Below, piece after piece: positions 53,382-63,845 of a stretch of DNA of 64,000 bases. The notes beneath the pieces are model-generated. The model did not search any database. It saw only the letters and a program-made list of their open reading frames with translations, and had not been told where the DNA came from. Position numbers and translations under genes: made by a program. The stretch comes from Acidimicrobiia bacterium (lineage in GTDB: Bacteria; Actinomycetota; Acidimicrobiia; Acidimicrobiales; Aldehydirespiratoraceae), in the NCBI GenBank assembly GCA_003231645.1, contig QIIW01000151.1, positions 72,621 through 136,620 on the forward strand. Reading direction: 5' to 3'. Position 1 is the first letter of the stretch. Every line of letters starts with the position of its first letter.

Positions 53382-54326
53382 GGCCCTTGCCCCGGGAGTG
53401 TCGGGTAGATCGCCGAGCGAGGCGCCGGCCTTGTCGGCCCAGTCTCTCGCCACGTCGAGGGCGGTCTCCACACCGCCACCTCGTCTCACCAGATCCCTCG
53501 CCTCGTCGCGCTCGGCGACACTGATCGGTCGTCCGAGGATCTCGCGGAGTCTCGGCCCGGAGTGGGGATCCTGCATCGAGTGGATTACCGGCAAAGTGTA
53601 GATGCCTTCGATCAGGTCGTTGCCGGCCGGCTTGCCGAGTTGTTGATCGGTGGCGATCACATCCAGGATGTCGTCGACGACCTGAAAGGCCATGCCGTAG
53701 GCGAGGCCGAAATCGGTGAGGGCGTCGACGACACGGCGGGGGAGATCGGCGACAATGGCGCCGATGCGACACGCCGAGCCGATCAGTGAGGCGGTCTTTC
53801 CGGTGATGGAACGTTCGTATCGCTCGACCGACCGGCTGGTGTCGAAGGCACTTTCGAGTTCGAGGATCTGCCCCTCGCAGAGCTGGGTGATGGTAGTGGC
53901 GAGAAGACCTGCGATCTCCGGGCCGAGCCCAGCGGCGATCTCGGAGGCCCGGCCCAGCAGGTAGTCGCCGGCGAGAATGGCCCGGAGGTTTCCCCACTCG
54001 GCGTTGACACTTCTCACAGATCGCCGGGTGGTTGCGTCATCCATCACATCGTCGTGGTAGAGCGAGCCGATATGGACGAGTTCGACGGCGCAGCCGCCAC
54101 GGATGACATCGATGGAGGTCGGCTTGGCGTCCGGGTCGAGCGTCGAAGCCGCTGCCATCGCGAATCCCGGCCGAACCCGCTTGCCGCCGGCCCGGATCAG
54201 GTGGCTTGCGACTTCGGTGAGGAACTTTCCTTCCGACTGCACGACCGCGAGAAGTTCGGCCTCGACCCTGACCAGGTCGTCTTCCATCGACGGTAGTATC
54301 GACAGGGGTGATGCAGCCACGCTCAC
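53328..54326 (-). CDS. polyprenyl diphosphate synthase (trans-IPPS, long-chain type)
   Basis: GGKRVRP ... the first DDxxD block LYHDDVMDDATTRR ... the second block FQVVDDILD. Confidence 0.85.
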   Translation of the reverse strand: MSVAASPLSILPSMEDDLVRVEAELLAVVQSEGKFLTEVASHLIRAGGKRVRPGFAMAAASTLDPDAKPTSIDVIRGGCAVELVHIGSLYHDDVMDDATTRRSVRSVNAEWGNLRAILAGDYLLGRASEIAAGLGPEIAGLLATTITQLCEGQILELESAFDTSRSVERYERSITGKTASLIGSACRIGAIVADLPRRVVDALTDFGLAYGMAFQVVDDILDVIATDQQLGKPAGNDLIEGIYTLPVIHSMQDPHSGPRLREILGRPISVAERDEARDLVRRGGGVETALDVARDWADKAGASLGDLPDTPGARALRAAADHIIDRAAAPLG

Positions 54327-54497
54327 ACGCTAGGCCGTGACTCGTCGAGTCGCCCATGAACGAACGCTCCCGGCACTGCTCCGATCACCGGGGACTCTGC
54401 CGATGATGATGGTGACGGGCGAAACACAGCCCGGCGTTACAGGTACGGGCGTCAGGGTAGACTCGGTGTACGTACCCCATCCATGGGAGGAATGCCG

Positions 54498-57050
54498 ATG
54501 TTCGAGCGGTTCACCGACAGGGCACGACGGGTTGTCGTGCTGGCGCAGGAAGAAGCGCGGCTGCTCAACCACAACTACATCGGCACCGAGCACATCCTGC
54601 TCGGGCTCATCCACGAGGGCGAGGGTGTGGCGGCCAAGGCCATGGAATCGCTCGGGATCAGCCTCGAGGCGGTTCGTTCTCAGGTCGAGGAGATCATCGG
54701 CCAGGGCGGTTCGTCGCCGAGCGGGCACATCCCCTTCACCCCGCGGGCCAAGAAGGTTCTCGAGCTGAGTCTGCGCGAGGCCCTTCAGCTCGGCCACAAC
54801 TACATCGGCACCGAGCACATCCTGCTCGGGCTCATCCGCGAGGGGGAGGGTGTGGCGGCGCAAGTCCTGGTGAAGCTCGGTGCTGATCTCTCGAGGGTTC
54901 GCCAGCAGGTGATCCAGTTGCTTTCGGGCTATTCCGGTTCGGGCCCGGGTGGTCCGGGCACATCGGGTTCGGGTGACAAGGCCAGTGCCACCGCCGGCGG
55001 TTCCGGTGGTGAGAGTCCGTCCGGTTCGCTGGTTCTCGACCAGTTCGGTCGAAATCTCACCCAGTTGGCGCGTGACAAGAGTCTCGATCCGGTCATCGGG
55101 CGCAGTCGCGAGACCGAGCGGGTCATGCAGATCCTCAGCCGCCGCACCAAGAACAATCCGGTGTTGGTGGGCGAGCCGGGGGTCGGTAAGACCGCCATCG
55201 TCGAGGGTCTCGCCCAATCTATTGCCGCCGACACTGTGCCCGAGACCCTGCACGGCAAGCAGCTCTACACCCTCGATCTCGGTGCGCTGGTTGCCGGCAG
55301 CCGCTATCGCGGCGACTTCGAGGAGCGGCTCAAGAAGGTGCTCAAGGAGATCAAGACCCGCGGCGACATCATCTTGTTCATCGACGAGATCCATACTCTC
55401 GTTGGCGCCGGAGCGGCCGAGGGCGCCATCGACGCGGCCTCGATCCTGAAACCGATGCTCGCTCGCGGTGAACTCCAGACGATCGGTGCGACGACCCTCG
55501 ACGAGTACCGCAAGCACCTTGAGAAAGACGCGGCCCTCGAGCGGCGCTTCCAGAAGGTCGTGGTCGACGAGCCCACCGTGCCCCTCACGATCGAGATTCT
55601 CAAGGGCCTTCGCGACCGCTATGAAACCCATCACCGGGTCACGATCACCGATCAGGCGCTGGTGGCGGCGGCCAATCTCGCCGACCGTTACATCTCCGAT
55701 CGTTATCTGCCCGACAAGGCCATCGACCTCATCGACGAGGCCGGCTCGCGCCTGCGGATCAAGCGCATGTCGACCCCTCCCGAGTACAAGGAGATCGAGG
55801 CCGAAATCGCCGAGATCGTCAGTCAGAAGAACGCCGCGGTCGAGTCCCAACAGTTCGAACAGGCCAGTGTGCTCCGCGACAAGGAGAAGGAACTTCTTGC
55901 TCGTCGTGATTCGATGGAGGGAGATGCCAGGGCATCGGGTCTCGACCTGTTCGACGAGGTCGACGAGGAGGCGATCGCCGAGGTGCTCTCGCTCTGGACC
56001 GGTATTCCGGTCTACAAGCTCACCGAAGAGGAGACCGAGAAGCTCCTGCGCATGGAGGACGAACTCCACAAGCGGGTGATCGGCCAGGTGGACGCCGTCA
56101 AGGCGGTCTCGCAGGCCATCCGTCGCACCCGGGCCGGGCTCAAGGACCCCAAGCGGCCGAGTGGCTCGTTCATCTTCCTGGGCCCGTCGGGCGTGGGCAA
56201 GACCGAGCTGTCGAAGACCCTCGCCGAGTTCCTGTTCGGTGATGAGTCGTCTCTGATCAGTCTCGACATGTCGGAGTACCAGGAGAAGCACACCGTCAGC
56301 CGGTTGGTCGGATCACCCCCCGGCTATGTCGGCTACGAGGAGGGTGGCCAGCTCACCGAGAAGGTTCGGCGCAAGCCGTTCTCGGTCGTGCTGTTCGACG
56401 AGGTCGAGAAGGCTCACCCCGACGTGTTCAACACGCTGCTGCAGATTCTCGAGGAGGGTCGTCTCACCGACAGCCAGGGCCGCACCGTCGATTTCCGCAA
56501 CACTGTTCTGATCATGACCTCGAATCTCGGCACCGCCGATCTGCGCAAGGCCAATCTCGGGTTCACCAAGGTCGATGAGGCGGTCACTTACGAGCGCATG
56601 AAGGACAAGGTCCAGGAGGCACTCAAGTCACACTTCCGGCCCGAATTCCTCAACCGCATCGACGATGTGATCGTGTTCCACGAACTCTCCCGGCCGGAGG
56701 TGCGCGAAATCGTCGATCTGATGGTCTCCCGGGTGGCCGGTCAGCTCGGCGAGCAGGGTATGGGCCTCGAGCTCACCGACGCCGCCAAGGATCATCTCGC
56801 CGACAAGGGCTACGACCCCGCGATGGGGGCTCGCCCCCTTCGCCGGGCCATCCAGCGGCTGGTCGAGGACCCGCTTTCGGAGCGGCTCCTCTACAAGGAG
56901 TTCCGGGCCGGCCACATCATCATCGTCGATGTCGAGCCCGACCCGACCGACCCCGACGAGAAACAGGTCGTGTTCAGTTCCATCGAGGGGTTCGAGCCGA
57001 CCGAGCCGGAGCTGGCCGAGGCCACCGATGGGGCCGATTCGGCCTTCTGA
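54498..57050 (+). CDS. clpC: ATP-dependent Clp protease ATP-binding subunit ClpC
   Basis: [20 protein letters not shown] ..., duplicated Clp-N repeats, two AAA+ modules (GEPGVGKTA; GPSGVGKTE) and a UVR-like linker. GGGAGG precedes ATG 54498. Confidence 0.95.
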   Translation: MFERFTDRARRVVVLAQEEARLLNHNYIGTEHILLGLIHEGEGVAAKAMESLGISLEAVRSQVEEIIGQGGSSPSGHIPFTPRAKKVLELSLREALQLGHNYIGTEHILLGLIREGEGVAAQVLVKLGADLSRVRQQVIQLLSGYSGSGPGGPGTSGSGDKASATAGGSGGESPSGSLVLDQFGRNLTQLARDKSLDPVIGRSRETERVMQILSRRTKNNPVLVGEPGVGKTAIVEGLAQSIAADTVPETLHGKQLYTLDLGALVAGSRYRGDFEERLKKVLKEIKTRGDIILFIDEIHTLVGAGAAEGAIDAASILKPMLARGELQTIGATTLDEYRKHLEKDAALERRFQKVVVDEPTVPLTIEILKGLRDRYETHHRVTITDQALVAAANLADRYISDRYLPDKAIDLIDEAGSRLRIKRMSTPPEYKEIEAEIAEIVSQKNAAVESQQFEQASVLRDKEKELLARRDSMEGDARASGLDLFDEVDEEAIAEVLSLWTGIPVYKLTEEETEKLLRMEDELHKRVIGQVDAVKAVSQAIRRTRAGLKDPKRPSGSFIFLGPSGVGKTELSKTLAEFLFGDESSLISLDMSEYQEKHTVSRLVGSPPGYVGYEEGGQLTEKVRRKPFSVVLFDEVEKAHPDVFNTLLQILEEGRLTDSQGRTVDFRNTVLIMTSNLGTADLRKANLGFTKVDEAVTYERMKDKVQEALKSHFRPEFLNRIDDVIVFHELSRPEVREIVDLMVSRVAGQLGEQGMGLELTDAAKDHLADKGYDPAMGARPLRRAIQRLVEDPLSERLLYKEFRAGHIIIVDVEPDPTDPDEKQVVFSSIEGFEPTEPELAEATDGADSAF

Positions 57051-57184
57051 GATCGACACCCCTGCACGGCGAGCGCCACCGGCCCGGCACCCCCCGGGAC
57101 GGCGGCGCCCGATGATGTACAGCTGACGGGAATCTGGTGGCCCGTCGGTGCCTTCATGGCCGATGTCCGTCTAGGTTGCAGGGG

Positions 57185-58675
57185 ATGGCCCGGGTCAGAC
57201 TTCTCGTAGTGGCAGTGATTCTCGTCTTGTTGGCGAGTGCCTGCCGTGTCGACACCACCGTCGACATCTCTGTCGCTGACGACGGCTCCGGCGTCGTCAC
57301 CCTCACCGTGGTGGCCGACTCCGAGGCCGTGGCGCTCGTCCCCGATGCCCCGGATGCCCTGCGCCTCGACGATCTGGCCAAGGCCGGATGGGTGGTCGAT
57401 GGACCGACCACCAACGAGGACGGTGATTTCACCGTTTCGGCCACGAAGCGTTTCGATTCCACCGAATCGCTGCCCGGGGTCATGTCCGAGATCGCCGGCG
57501 ACGGGGTCGTGTTCAAGGACATCTCCCTCGCCCAAGAGCACCAGTTCGACCTGATAGGGCTGGCGCCGGCCCGCACCCGATACGAACTCACCGGCATCGT
57601 CAACCCGTCCCCCGATCTCGAGGCGTTCGGTGACGACGCCGTGAAGAGCCAGCTCGGCCTGCCGCTCGGCCGCTCGGTGTCGCGTATTGCCGCCGAAGCC
57701 GGAGTGCCCCTCGACCAATCACTGGGCCTGAAGGTCGTGGTCCGCATGCCGAGCGGTGTCTCGAGTGTCGACCCGGGCGCGGTCGTGGAGGGTGATACCT
57801 CCACATTCACGATGTCCTACGGAGACCTGCCGATCGCCCTCGACACGACGGCCACGGTCGAGGACATCATGCCGAGGGTCTGGGCGATGGTGGCCCTGTT
57901 CGCGGCCGCGTTCCTGGCGCTGGTCCTCCTCGGTCGCTTCGGTGTGTGGTCGGTGGCGAAACTTCGGACCCCGAAGGGCCGGCGTCGCCGTGACCAACGT
58001 CAACGTGAGAGGCGTGCCGCCACCCGTGCCGCCGAGGCGAGCAAGCCACGTCAACGAATGCTCCGGCTGCTGATAGTCGATGTCCACGGCGTGGTGGTGA
58101 GGCCCACCGACCCCTTCGAGGGCCTGCTTCTGCCGATGATCGAGGCCGAGCAACCCGAGTCCGATCCCGAAGCTGTGCGAGAGCTCTACCGCAAGCTGAT
58201 TCTCGACCGTCTGTCGCCGTCGGAGTTCTGGAGTGAGGTCGGCCTCGGCCCGGTGGCCCAGGAAACGGAGACCCGATATCTGTCGTCGTTCCGTCTGGTG
58301 CCCGGCCTGCATCATTTCCTGGACCAGACGGCCGAGCGGGGCCTACCGGTGGCGGCAATCGGCAACCAGCCGAGGTCCTGGGGTGAGCGACTCCGCCGTA
58401 TGGCCGCGCTCGAAACTGCGGTGGCTTCGTGGATGGTGAGCGGTGACGTGGGTCAGACGCTCCCGGAGCCGGCACTTCTGCAGGCCACGCGCCGCGTGAT
58501 GTCCGTCGACCTGTTCGACTGCCTCTACCTCTCGAGCGTGCCCGAGAACCTCGATGCCGCCAAGGAGATGGGGGTGGCCACCGCCTTCTTCCATCCCGGC
58601 CCGGGCGATCCGCCCGAGACGGCCCACTCGCCGCTGCGAAGTTTCGACGAGTTGTTCAGGGGCCGCGGGACCTGA
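57185..58675 (+). CDS. lipoprotein with extracytoplasmic domain, one TM helix, poly-basic linker and cytoplasmic HAD-like domain
   Basis: The lipobox is LLVVAVILVLLASAC. A ~230-aa unknown domain follows, then the TM segment VWAMVALFAAAFLALVLLGRFGVW, then RRRRDQRQRERR, then the HAD-like part LLIVDVHGVVV ... (motif I reads DVHGV). Confidence 0.55.
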   Translation: MARVRLLVVAVILVLLASACRVDTTVDISVADDGSGVVTLTVVADSEAVALVPDAPDALRLDDLAKAGWVVDGPTTNEDGDFTVSATKRFDSTESLPGVMSEIAGDGVVFKDISLAQEHQFDLIGLAPARTRYELTGIVNPSPDLEAFGDDAVKSQLGLPLGRSVSRIAAEAGVPLDQSLGLKVVVRMPSGVSSVDPGAVVEGDTSTFTMSYGDLPIALDTTATVEDIMPRVWAMVALFAAAFLALVLLGRFGVWSVAKLRTPKGRRRRDQRQRERRAATRAAEASKPRQRMLRLLIVDVHGVVVRPTDPFEGLLLPMIEAEQPESDPEAVRELYRKLILDRLSPSEFWSEVGLGPVAQETETRYLSSFRLVPGLHHFLDQTAERGLPVAAIGNQPRSWGERLRRMAALETAVASWMVSGDVGQTLPEPALLQATRRVMSVDLFDCLYLSSVPENLDAAKEMGVATAFFHPGPGDPPETAHSPLRSFDELFRGRGT

Positions 58676-58737
58676 TCGCCGGTCGAACCGGGGGTGGACC
58701 TGTTCGGCGTGTCGCAGTGGCCGCGTAGGGTGCGGTG

Positions 58738-60093
58738 ATGGTTCGAGTCCGCGTTGTTCACCGATGTTCGTCCTGCGGCGCGGCCCACCCGAAGTGGGCC
58801 GGCCGGTGCGATTCATGCGGTGAATGGAACAGTCTGGTCGAGGAACTCGACTCGTCCGCTCGCTCGGCGGTCACGTTGCCCGACGCCGCCATTCCGCTTC
58901 GCGTCACCGAGGTCGACGACGAAGCCGCCAGGTCGGTGCCGACCGGCATCGGCGAGTTCGATCGGGTGCTGGGTGGCGGCTTGGTCCCCGGCTCGGTCAC
59001 CTTGGTGGGGGGCGAGCCCGGCATCGGCAAGTCCACGTTGCTCCTCCAACTTCTCGGTGGCGTGGCATCGTCGGGGGTCCGCTCGCTCTACATCACCGGC
59101 GAGGAGTCGGCGTCGCAGGTCAAGGCCCGAGCGGCGCGAGTGGGGGCGCTCCACGATGAGCTGTGGTTGGTGGCCGAGACGTCGTTACCCAACGTGAAGG
59201 CCCACATCGATTCGGTCGAGCCCGAGTTGGTCGTCGTGGATTCGGTGCAGACGATGCACGATCCGGAGCTGGGTTCCGCCTCGGGTTCGGTCGCCCAGGT
59301 GAGGGAGTGCGCCAACCAGTTGCTCAAGTTGGCCAAGGCCCGAGGCATCTCGCTGGTGTTGGTGGGCCACGTCACCAAGGAGGGCACGCTCGCCGGGCCT
59401 CGGGTCCTCGAACACGTCGTCGACACGGTGATCGAGTTCGAGGGTGACCGCCAACACGGGTTGAGGTTGCTGCGGGCCACCAAGCACCGTTTCGGCCCCA
59501 CATCCGAGGTCGGCCTCATGCAGATGAGTCAGACGGGCCTGTCCACTGTCGACGACCCCAGCGGAATCTTTCTGGCCGACCGCGTCGCCGGGGTGTCGGG
59601 CTCGGCGGTGGTGCCCACCATCGACGGCCGGCGGCCGCTGCTGATCGAGTTGCAGGCGTTGGTGGCGGGGTCGTCGCTGGCCGCGCCCCGTCGCAGTACC
59701 CAGGGGGTCGACCAGGGTCGTCTCGCCATGTTGTTGGCCGTGCTCGAGCGCCGGGTGGGTCTCTCGGTCTCCAAGTTCGATGTCTACGCGCTGGCCGTCG
59801 GGGGAGTGCGGGTGATCGATCCGGGGGCCGATGCCGGTCTTGCTCTGGCCGTGGCCTCAGCGCTCACCGGTAAGGCGATCGGCGACGATCTCGTCGTGAT
59901 CGGAGAGGTCGGTCTCGGGGGTGAGCTGCGTCAGGTCGGACATCAGGACCGCCGGCTGGCCGAGGCGATCCGGCACGGATTCCGGCGGGCGATCGTTCCC
60001 GGAGCCGTGGCCGGGGGCCCAGATGGCCTCACCGTGATGCGGGCGCCCACCCTTGCCGCAGCGGTCGCGCTGGCCGATGTGGGTCCTTCGTGA
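58738..60093 (+). CDS. radA: DNA repair protein RadA/Sms
   Basis: Zinc ribbon CSSCGAAHPKWAGRCDSCGEWNS. Walker A is GGEPGIGKSTLLLQ. The KNRFG-type motif reads TKHRFGP. A Lon-like C-terminus is present. GTG 58735 is also possible. Confidence 0.9.
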   Translation: MVRVRVVHRCSSCGAAHPKWAGRCDSCGEWNSLVEELDSSARSAVTLPDAAIPLRVTEVDDEAARSVPTGIGEFDRVLGGGLVPGSVTLVGGEPGIGKSTLLLQLLGGVASSGVRSLYITGEESASQVKARAARVGALHDELWLVAETSLPNVKAHIDSVEPELVVVDSVQTMHDPELGSASGSVAQVRECANQLLKLAKARGISLVLVGHVTKEGTLAGPRVLEHVVDTVIEFEGDRQHGLRLLRATKHRFGPTSEVGLMQMSQTGLSTVDDPSGIFLADRVAGVSGSAVVPTIDGRRPLLIELQALVAGSSLAAPRRSTQGVDQGRLAMLLAVLERRVGLSVSKFDVYALAVGGVRVIDPGADAGLALAVASALTGKAIGDDLVVIGEVGLGGELRQVGHQDRRLAEAIRHGFRRAIVPGAVAGGPDGLTVMRAPTLAAAVALADVGPS

Positions 60094-60153
60094 TCCCTGC
60101 CGGGCGCTCGTGCCGATCTGTCGTGGACCGGGTGACGCTGCCATGATGTCGAC

Positions 60154-60801
60154 ATGCGAACTCAGCTTCCGTCCGGCACGCCGGCCGAGGTGAACGGTGA
60201 GGTGGGAGACCGTGGCCTGGTGATCATGGCCGATATTTTCGGGTTGCGGCCCTTGTTCGATTCGATGGTCGCGCGGTTGGCTGCCGAGTGGTCGTCTCGG
60301 GTGTGTGCGGTCGAGCTCTATCCCGGGCGCGAGGACCTTGATCTTCAGCAGCGCTTCGATGCCGCGTCCGGTATGGACGACGAGGCGATCCTGGCCGACA
60401 TGGTCGCGGCGGCCGCGCTGGTGGGTGGCCGCCGTGTCGGGGCGATCGGTTTCTGCATGGGCGGTATGTACGTCCTGAAGGCCGTATCCACCGGTCGTTT
60501 CGACCGACTGGTACCGTTCTACCCGATGATCAGGGTTCCCCAAGATTGGCGGGGCCCGGGGCAGGGCGAGCCTCTCGACCGCCTTTCCGGCGGAGATCCG
60601 GGGACGGTCATGGCGGTCGTCGGCAACCTCGACAACTACACGCCCGGCGATGCGATATCCGATCTGAGGGGCACCGGTGCGCAGGTGGTGGAGTATGAGC
60701 GGGCCGGGCACGGTTTCGTCCATGACCCCGACCGCCCGGCTCATCGGGCGGCCGACGCCGCCGACGCCTGGTCCCGCGCCGCCAACTGGCTCTGGACCTG
60801 A
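60154..60801 (+). CDS. dienelactone hydrolase family protein
   Basis: GLVIMADIFGLRP ... nucleophile IGFCMGG ... GHGFVHD. Confidence 0.7.
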   Translation: MRTQLPSGTPAEVNGEVGDRGLVIMADIFGLRPLFDSMVARLAAEWSSRVCAVELYPGREDLDLQQRFDAASGMDDEAILADMVAAAALVGGRRVGAIGFCMGGMYVLKAVSTGRFDRLVPFYPMIRVPQDWRGPGQGEPLDRLSGGDPGTVMAVVGNLDNYTPGDAISDLRGTGAQVVEYERAGHGFVHDPDRPAHRAADAADAWSRAANWLWT

Positions 60802-60807
60802 GCGGGT

Positions 60808-61467
60808 TCAGCGGGCTCGGATCTGGAGTTGTTCGCGATTGGTGATCTCGTAGCGACGGTCCGACTGGGCCAGCCACCCGAGCTTGACGAACGAGGCGAT
60901 CGCCTTGTTGACACGCTCGCGGCTGGCGCCGACCATGCCGGCCAGCTCTTCCTGGGTGACCGGAAGGACGAATTCGTCATTGTCGCCGGCGAGCTCGAGC
61001 AGACGCTTGGCGGTGCGGCCGGTGACGTCGAGGAACACGGAGTCGGCCAGAGCGGCATCCATCGAACGCAGGCGGCCGGCCAGCAGTCTCACGACACCCC
61101 AGAGGGCCTCGGGGCGGTCGTTGTAGTGACGCCGGATCGGGGCGTAGGGGATTGACACGACCGTCGACGGCTCGAGGGCGCGGGCCTCGGCCGAGCGCCC
61201 GTTGTCGTCGAACAGGCCCATTTCTCCGAACAGATCACCGGGTTCCATCAGGGCGACCATTGATTCGCGACCGTCGATCGACTTGTTGGCAATGGCGATG
61301 CGGCCATTGACGACGATGTAGAGGTGATTCGGCTCGTCCCCCTCGGCGAACACGACATCGCCGCGACGCAGGGTCGTCTCGTCGGCGAGACCCGCGACGT
61401 CATCGAGTTCGTCGTCGTTCAGGTGTTGAAAAAGGAGGGTCGACTTGAGAAGGCTGGTATCAGACAT
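60808..61467 (-). CDS. crp: Crp/Fnr-family cAMP-receptor-like transcription regulator
   Basis: cNMP-binding part: LFQHL ... VVFAEGDEPNHLYIVVNGRIAI ... GDLFGEMGLFD. HTH part: VTQEELAGMVGASRERVNKAI. The start is ATG 61467. Confidence 0.85.
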   Translation of the reverse strand: MSDTSLLKSTLLFQHLNDDELDDVAGLADETTLRRGDVVFAEGDEPNHLYIVVNGRIAIANKSIDGRESMVALMEPGDLFGEMGLFDDNGRSAEARALEPSTVVSIPYAPIRRHYNDRPEALWGVVRLLAGRLRSMDAALADSVFLDVTGRTAKRLLELAGDNDEFVLPVTQEELAGMVGASRERVNKAIASFVKLGWLAQSDRRYEITNREQLQIRAR

Positions 61468-61521
61468 GGTCAGGCACCACACTAGTGACATGTGGCCGAG
61501 CCGTCGTATCGAGTGGACCGA

Positions 61522-62202
61522 ATGATCGCGAATGACGATGTGGTGGATATCTGGACGATCGTGGTGGCTGCCGGATCGGGTAGCAGATTCGGCGGCCCGA
61601 AGCAGTTCTTCGATCTCAGGGGGGAGCGGGTCGTCGATCGTTCAGTGAGGATCGCGGCTGCCCACAGCGCCGGGGTCGTGGTGGTGCTGTCGGCCGAGGT
61701 GCTGGAGGAGACGGGGCCGAGCCGCTTGACTCCCGGCTCCTCCACGAGGGTTGTCGTGGTGGTCGGCTCCGACACGCGATCGGGTTCGGTGCGCGAGGGG
61801 CTCGCCGCGGTGCCGGCTGAGGCAACGGTGATCCTCGTCCACGACGGGGCCCGACCGCTCGCCACCGACGAGGTCTATGAACGGGTACTGCTGGCGGTCG
61901 CCGCCGGTGCCGATGCGGTGGTGCCGGTGGTGCCGGTCACCGACACGATCCGACGGCGGTCGGGTGGAGTGGTCGATCGGGCCGACCTGGTCGCGATCCA
62001 AACCCCCCAGGGGTTTCGGGCCGAGGCGCTGCGCGCCGCCCACGCCGCGGCCGACGATGCGACCGACGATGCCACCCTGGTCGAGGCCGGTGGTGGCCGG
62101 GTGGTGCTGGTCGACGGTGACAGCGACAACATGAAGATCACCGATCCATCGGATCTCGAGATTGCACGACTGTTGTTGGCACGACGAGGGGAGACACCAT
62201 GA
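61522..62202 (+). CDS. ispD: 2-C-methyl-D-erythritol 4-phosphate cytidylyltransferase
   Basis: IVVAAGSGSRFGGPKQF ... VLVHDGARPL ... VPVTDT ... QTPQGF ... TDD. Confidence 0.85.
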   Translation: MIANDDVVDIWTIVVAAGSGSRFGGPKQFFDLRGERVVDRSVRIAAAHSAGVVVVLSAEVLEETGPSRLTPGSSTRVVVVVGSDTRSGSVREGLAAVPAEATVILVHDGARPLATDEVYERVLLAVAAGADAVVPVVPVTDTIRRRSGGVVDRADLVAIQTPQGFRAEALRAAHAAADDATDDATLVEAGGGRVVLVDGDSDNMKITDPSDLEIARLLLARRGETP

Positions 62203-62711
62203 CATCCGACACACCCGTCTCCTTCGACCCGGGTTCCGTTCCGTTCCGTGTCGGCCAGGGGTTCGACGTCCATCGCACCAGCGATGATGCCGACCGGACG
62301 CTTGTGCTCGGCGGTGTCGAGTTCCCCGGGTCGCCCGGGCTCGTCGGCCACAGCGACGCTGATGTCGTGGCTCATGCCTGTATCGACGCACTGTTGGGTG
62401 CGGCCGGGCTCGGTGACATCGGCCAGATGTTTCCCGATACAGATCCGGGGTTCTCGGACGCCGACAGCGTGGCTCTGCTCCGACGCGCCGCCGAGGCGGT
62501 GCGTTCCGCCGGCTGGGTCCCGGCCAACATCGACTGCGCAGTGGTGCTCGACCGGCCGAGGCTCGCCCCCGTGAAGGAGCAGATGCAGATCAATCTCAGC
62601 GAGGCGGTCGGCGCACCGGTCAGCGTGAAGGGACGACGCACGGAAGGCATCGGATCGCTCGGTCGGGGCGAGGGAATCGTGGCCTGGGCCGTGGCGATGG
62701 TGGTTCGATGA
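62199..62711 (+). CDS. ispF: 2-C-methyl-D-erythritol 2,4-cyclodiphosphate synthase
   Basis: RVGQGFDVH ... GHSDADVVAHA ... GDIGQMFPDTD ... TEGIG. ATGA overlap with ispD. Confidence 0.9.
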   Translation: MTSDTPVSFDPGSVPFRVGQGFDVHRTSDDADRTLVLGGVEFPGSPGLVGHSDADVVAHACIDALLGAAGLGDIGQMFPDTDPGFSDADSVALLRRAAEAVRSAGWVPANIDCAVVLDRPRLAPVKEQMQINLSEAVGAPVSVKGRRTEGIGSLGRGEGIVAWAVAMVVR

Positions 62712-63652
62712 GCGGGCGATCCCAGGGTCACCCGAGTGGCAGGAGGAGAGGCCCTCGCCAGGCGCGGGGCTCCGCTTCGGCCAACCGAGGTGGCCCGGGT
62801 CGAGCGCCGAGCCGTGATCGGGGCAAGCAGCGCCGCCGACCGGGGCCGGGTCAACGTGGCACCTCCCCTGTGCGCCAGTCGGGGGGTGGCGGGTCGAAAC
62901 GCGAGAGTTCGCTGGGTGGCGAGCACATCGAGGGTCGCCATGCCGTTCGTGAACTGCTTCTGGCCGGCACCCGTCGCACTCGGGAGGTGATTTTCAGCGG
63001 TGATCTCGATGCGGCGTCGATCCTCGACGACATCATGGATCTTGCCGACGAACACCGGGTCACGGTTCGCCAGGTTTCCCGTGGCCGTTTCGATTCGATG
63101 ACCAGGACGGAAGGGGCCCAGGGAGTCTTGGCCATGGCTGAGCCTCTCCGTCCGGTCGACCTGAGCGAACTCCTGGTCGATGACACCGACGGCACGCGGC
63201 CGTTTCTCCTGCTGCTCGATGGTATAACCGACCCCGGCAATCTCGGTGCGATCCTGCGTACGGCCGAAGGCGCGGGTGTCACCGGCGTGGTGCTGCCGCG
63301 GCACCGGTCGGCGCGTGTGACCCCGACGGTGGCCAAGGCGGCAGCCGGTGCGGTCGAGTACCTTCGTATGGCACTCGTTGCCGGCCTTCCCGCGGCGATG
63401 GCGACCATGCGTGATGCTGGGGTCTGGATGGTGGGCCTCGACGCCGGCGGCGACCGCGTGATCCACGACCTGCCGGTGGCCGATGAGCCCGTGGCGCTGG
63501 TGCTCGGTGCGGAGGGGCCCGGGTTGTCGAGGTTGGTACGATCCCGATGCGACACCGTGGCATCGATTCCAGTGACGGGGGTGCTCGACTCGCTGAACGT
63601 GTCGGCCGCGGCGGCGGTGGCCTGCTTCGAGATAGCCCGTCGCCGAAGCTGA
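62708..63652 (+). CDS. rlmB: 23S rRNA (guanosine-2'-O)-methyltransferase RlmB-like SpoU/TrmH enzyme with Arg/Gly-rich N-terminus
   Basis: IEGRHAVRELL ... DGITDPGNLGAILRTAEGAG ... LVLGAEGPGLS ... IPVTGVLDSLNVSAAAAV. Confidence 0.85.
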   Translation: MSGRSQGHPSGRRRGPRQARGSASANRGGPGRAPSRDRGKQRRRPGPGQRGTSPVRQSGGGGSKRESSLGGEHIEGRHAVRELLLAGTRRTREVIFSGDLDAASILDDIMDLADEHRVTVRQVSRGRFDSMTRTEGAQGVLAMAEPLRPVDLSELLVDDTDGTRPFLLLLDGITDPGNLGAILRTAEGAGVTGVVLPRHRSARVTPTVAKAAAGAVEYLRMALVAGLPAAMATMRDAGVWMVGLDAGGDRVIHDLPVADEPVALVLGAEGPGLSRLVRSRCDTVASIPVTGVLDSLNVSAAAAVACFEIARRRS

Positions 63653-63681
63653 CCGACGCGGCAGAGCGCTTCGGCGAGGCG

Positions 63682-63754
63682 AGCCCGAGACAGGAGTCGA
63701 ACCTGCGACCTGCTGTTTACAAGACAGCTGCTCTACCAACTGAGCTACTCGGGC
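63682..63754 (-). tRNA. tRNA-Thr (anticodon UGU)
   Basis: Reverse complement: GCCCGAG / GCTC-AGTTGGTA-GAGC / GCTGT-CTTGTAA-ACAGC / GCAGG-TTCGACT-CCTGT / CTCGGGC. The acceptor and D arm are identical to the Thr-CGU gene. Confidence 0.9.
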
Positions 63755-63845
63755 CTGACGCGTCGCCGCGCCCGACAGATGAGCGTAGAGGTGATCCGGG
63801 CGGGGATGGTCATACCCGGGGTCTCCGATCTGCAAGGCTGTGGCG

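Noticed and set aside
54327-54497. ClgR-type operator or promoter in the clpC leader (TTACAG-n15-TAGACT).
   Set aside because: The spacer length is off for a sigma-70-type promoter, and I could not find the palindromic ClgR consensus. It is too weak to report as a feature.
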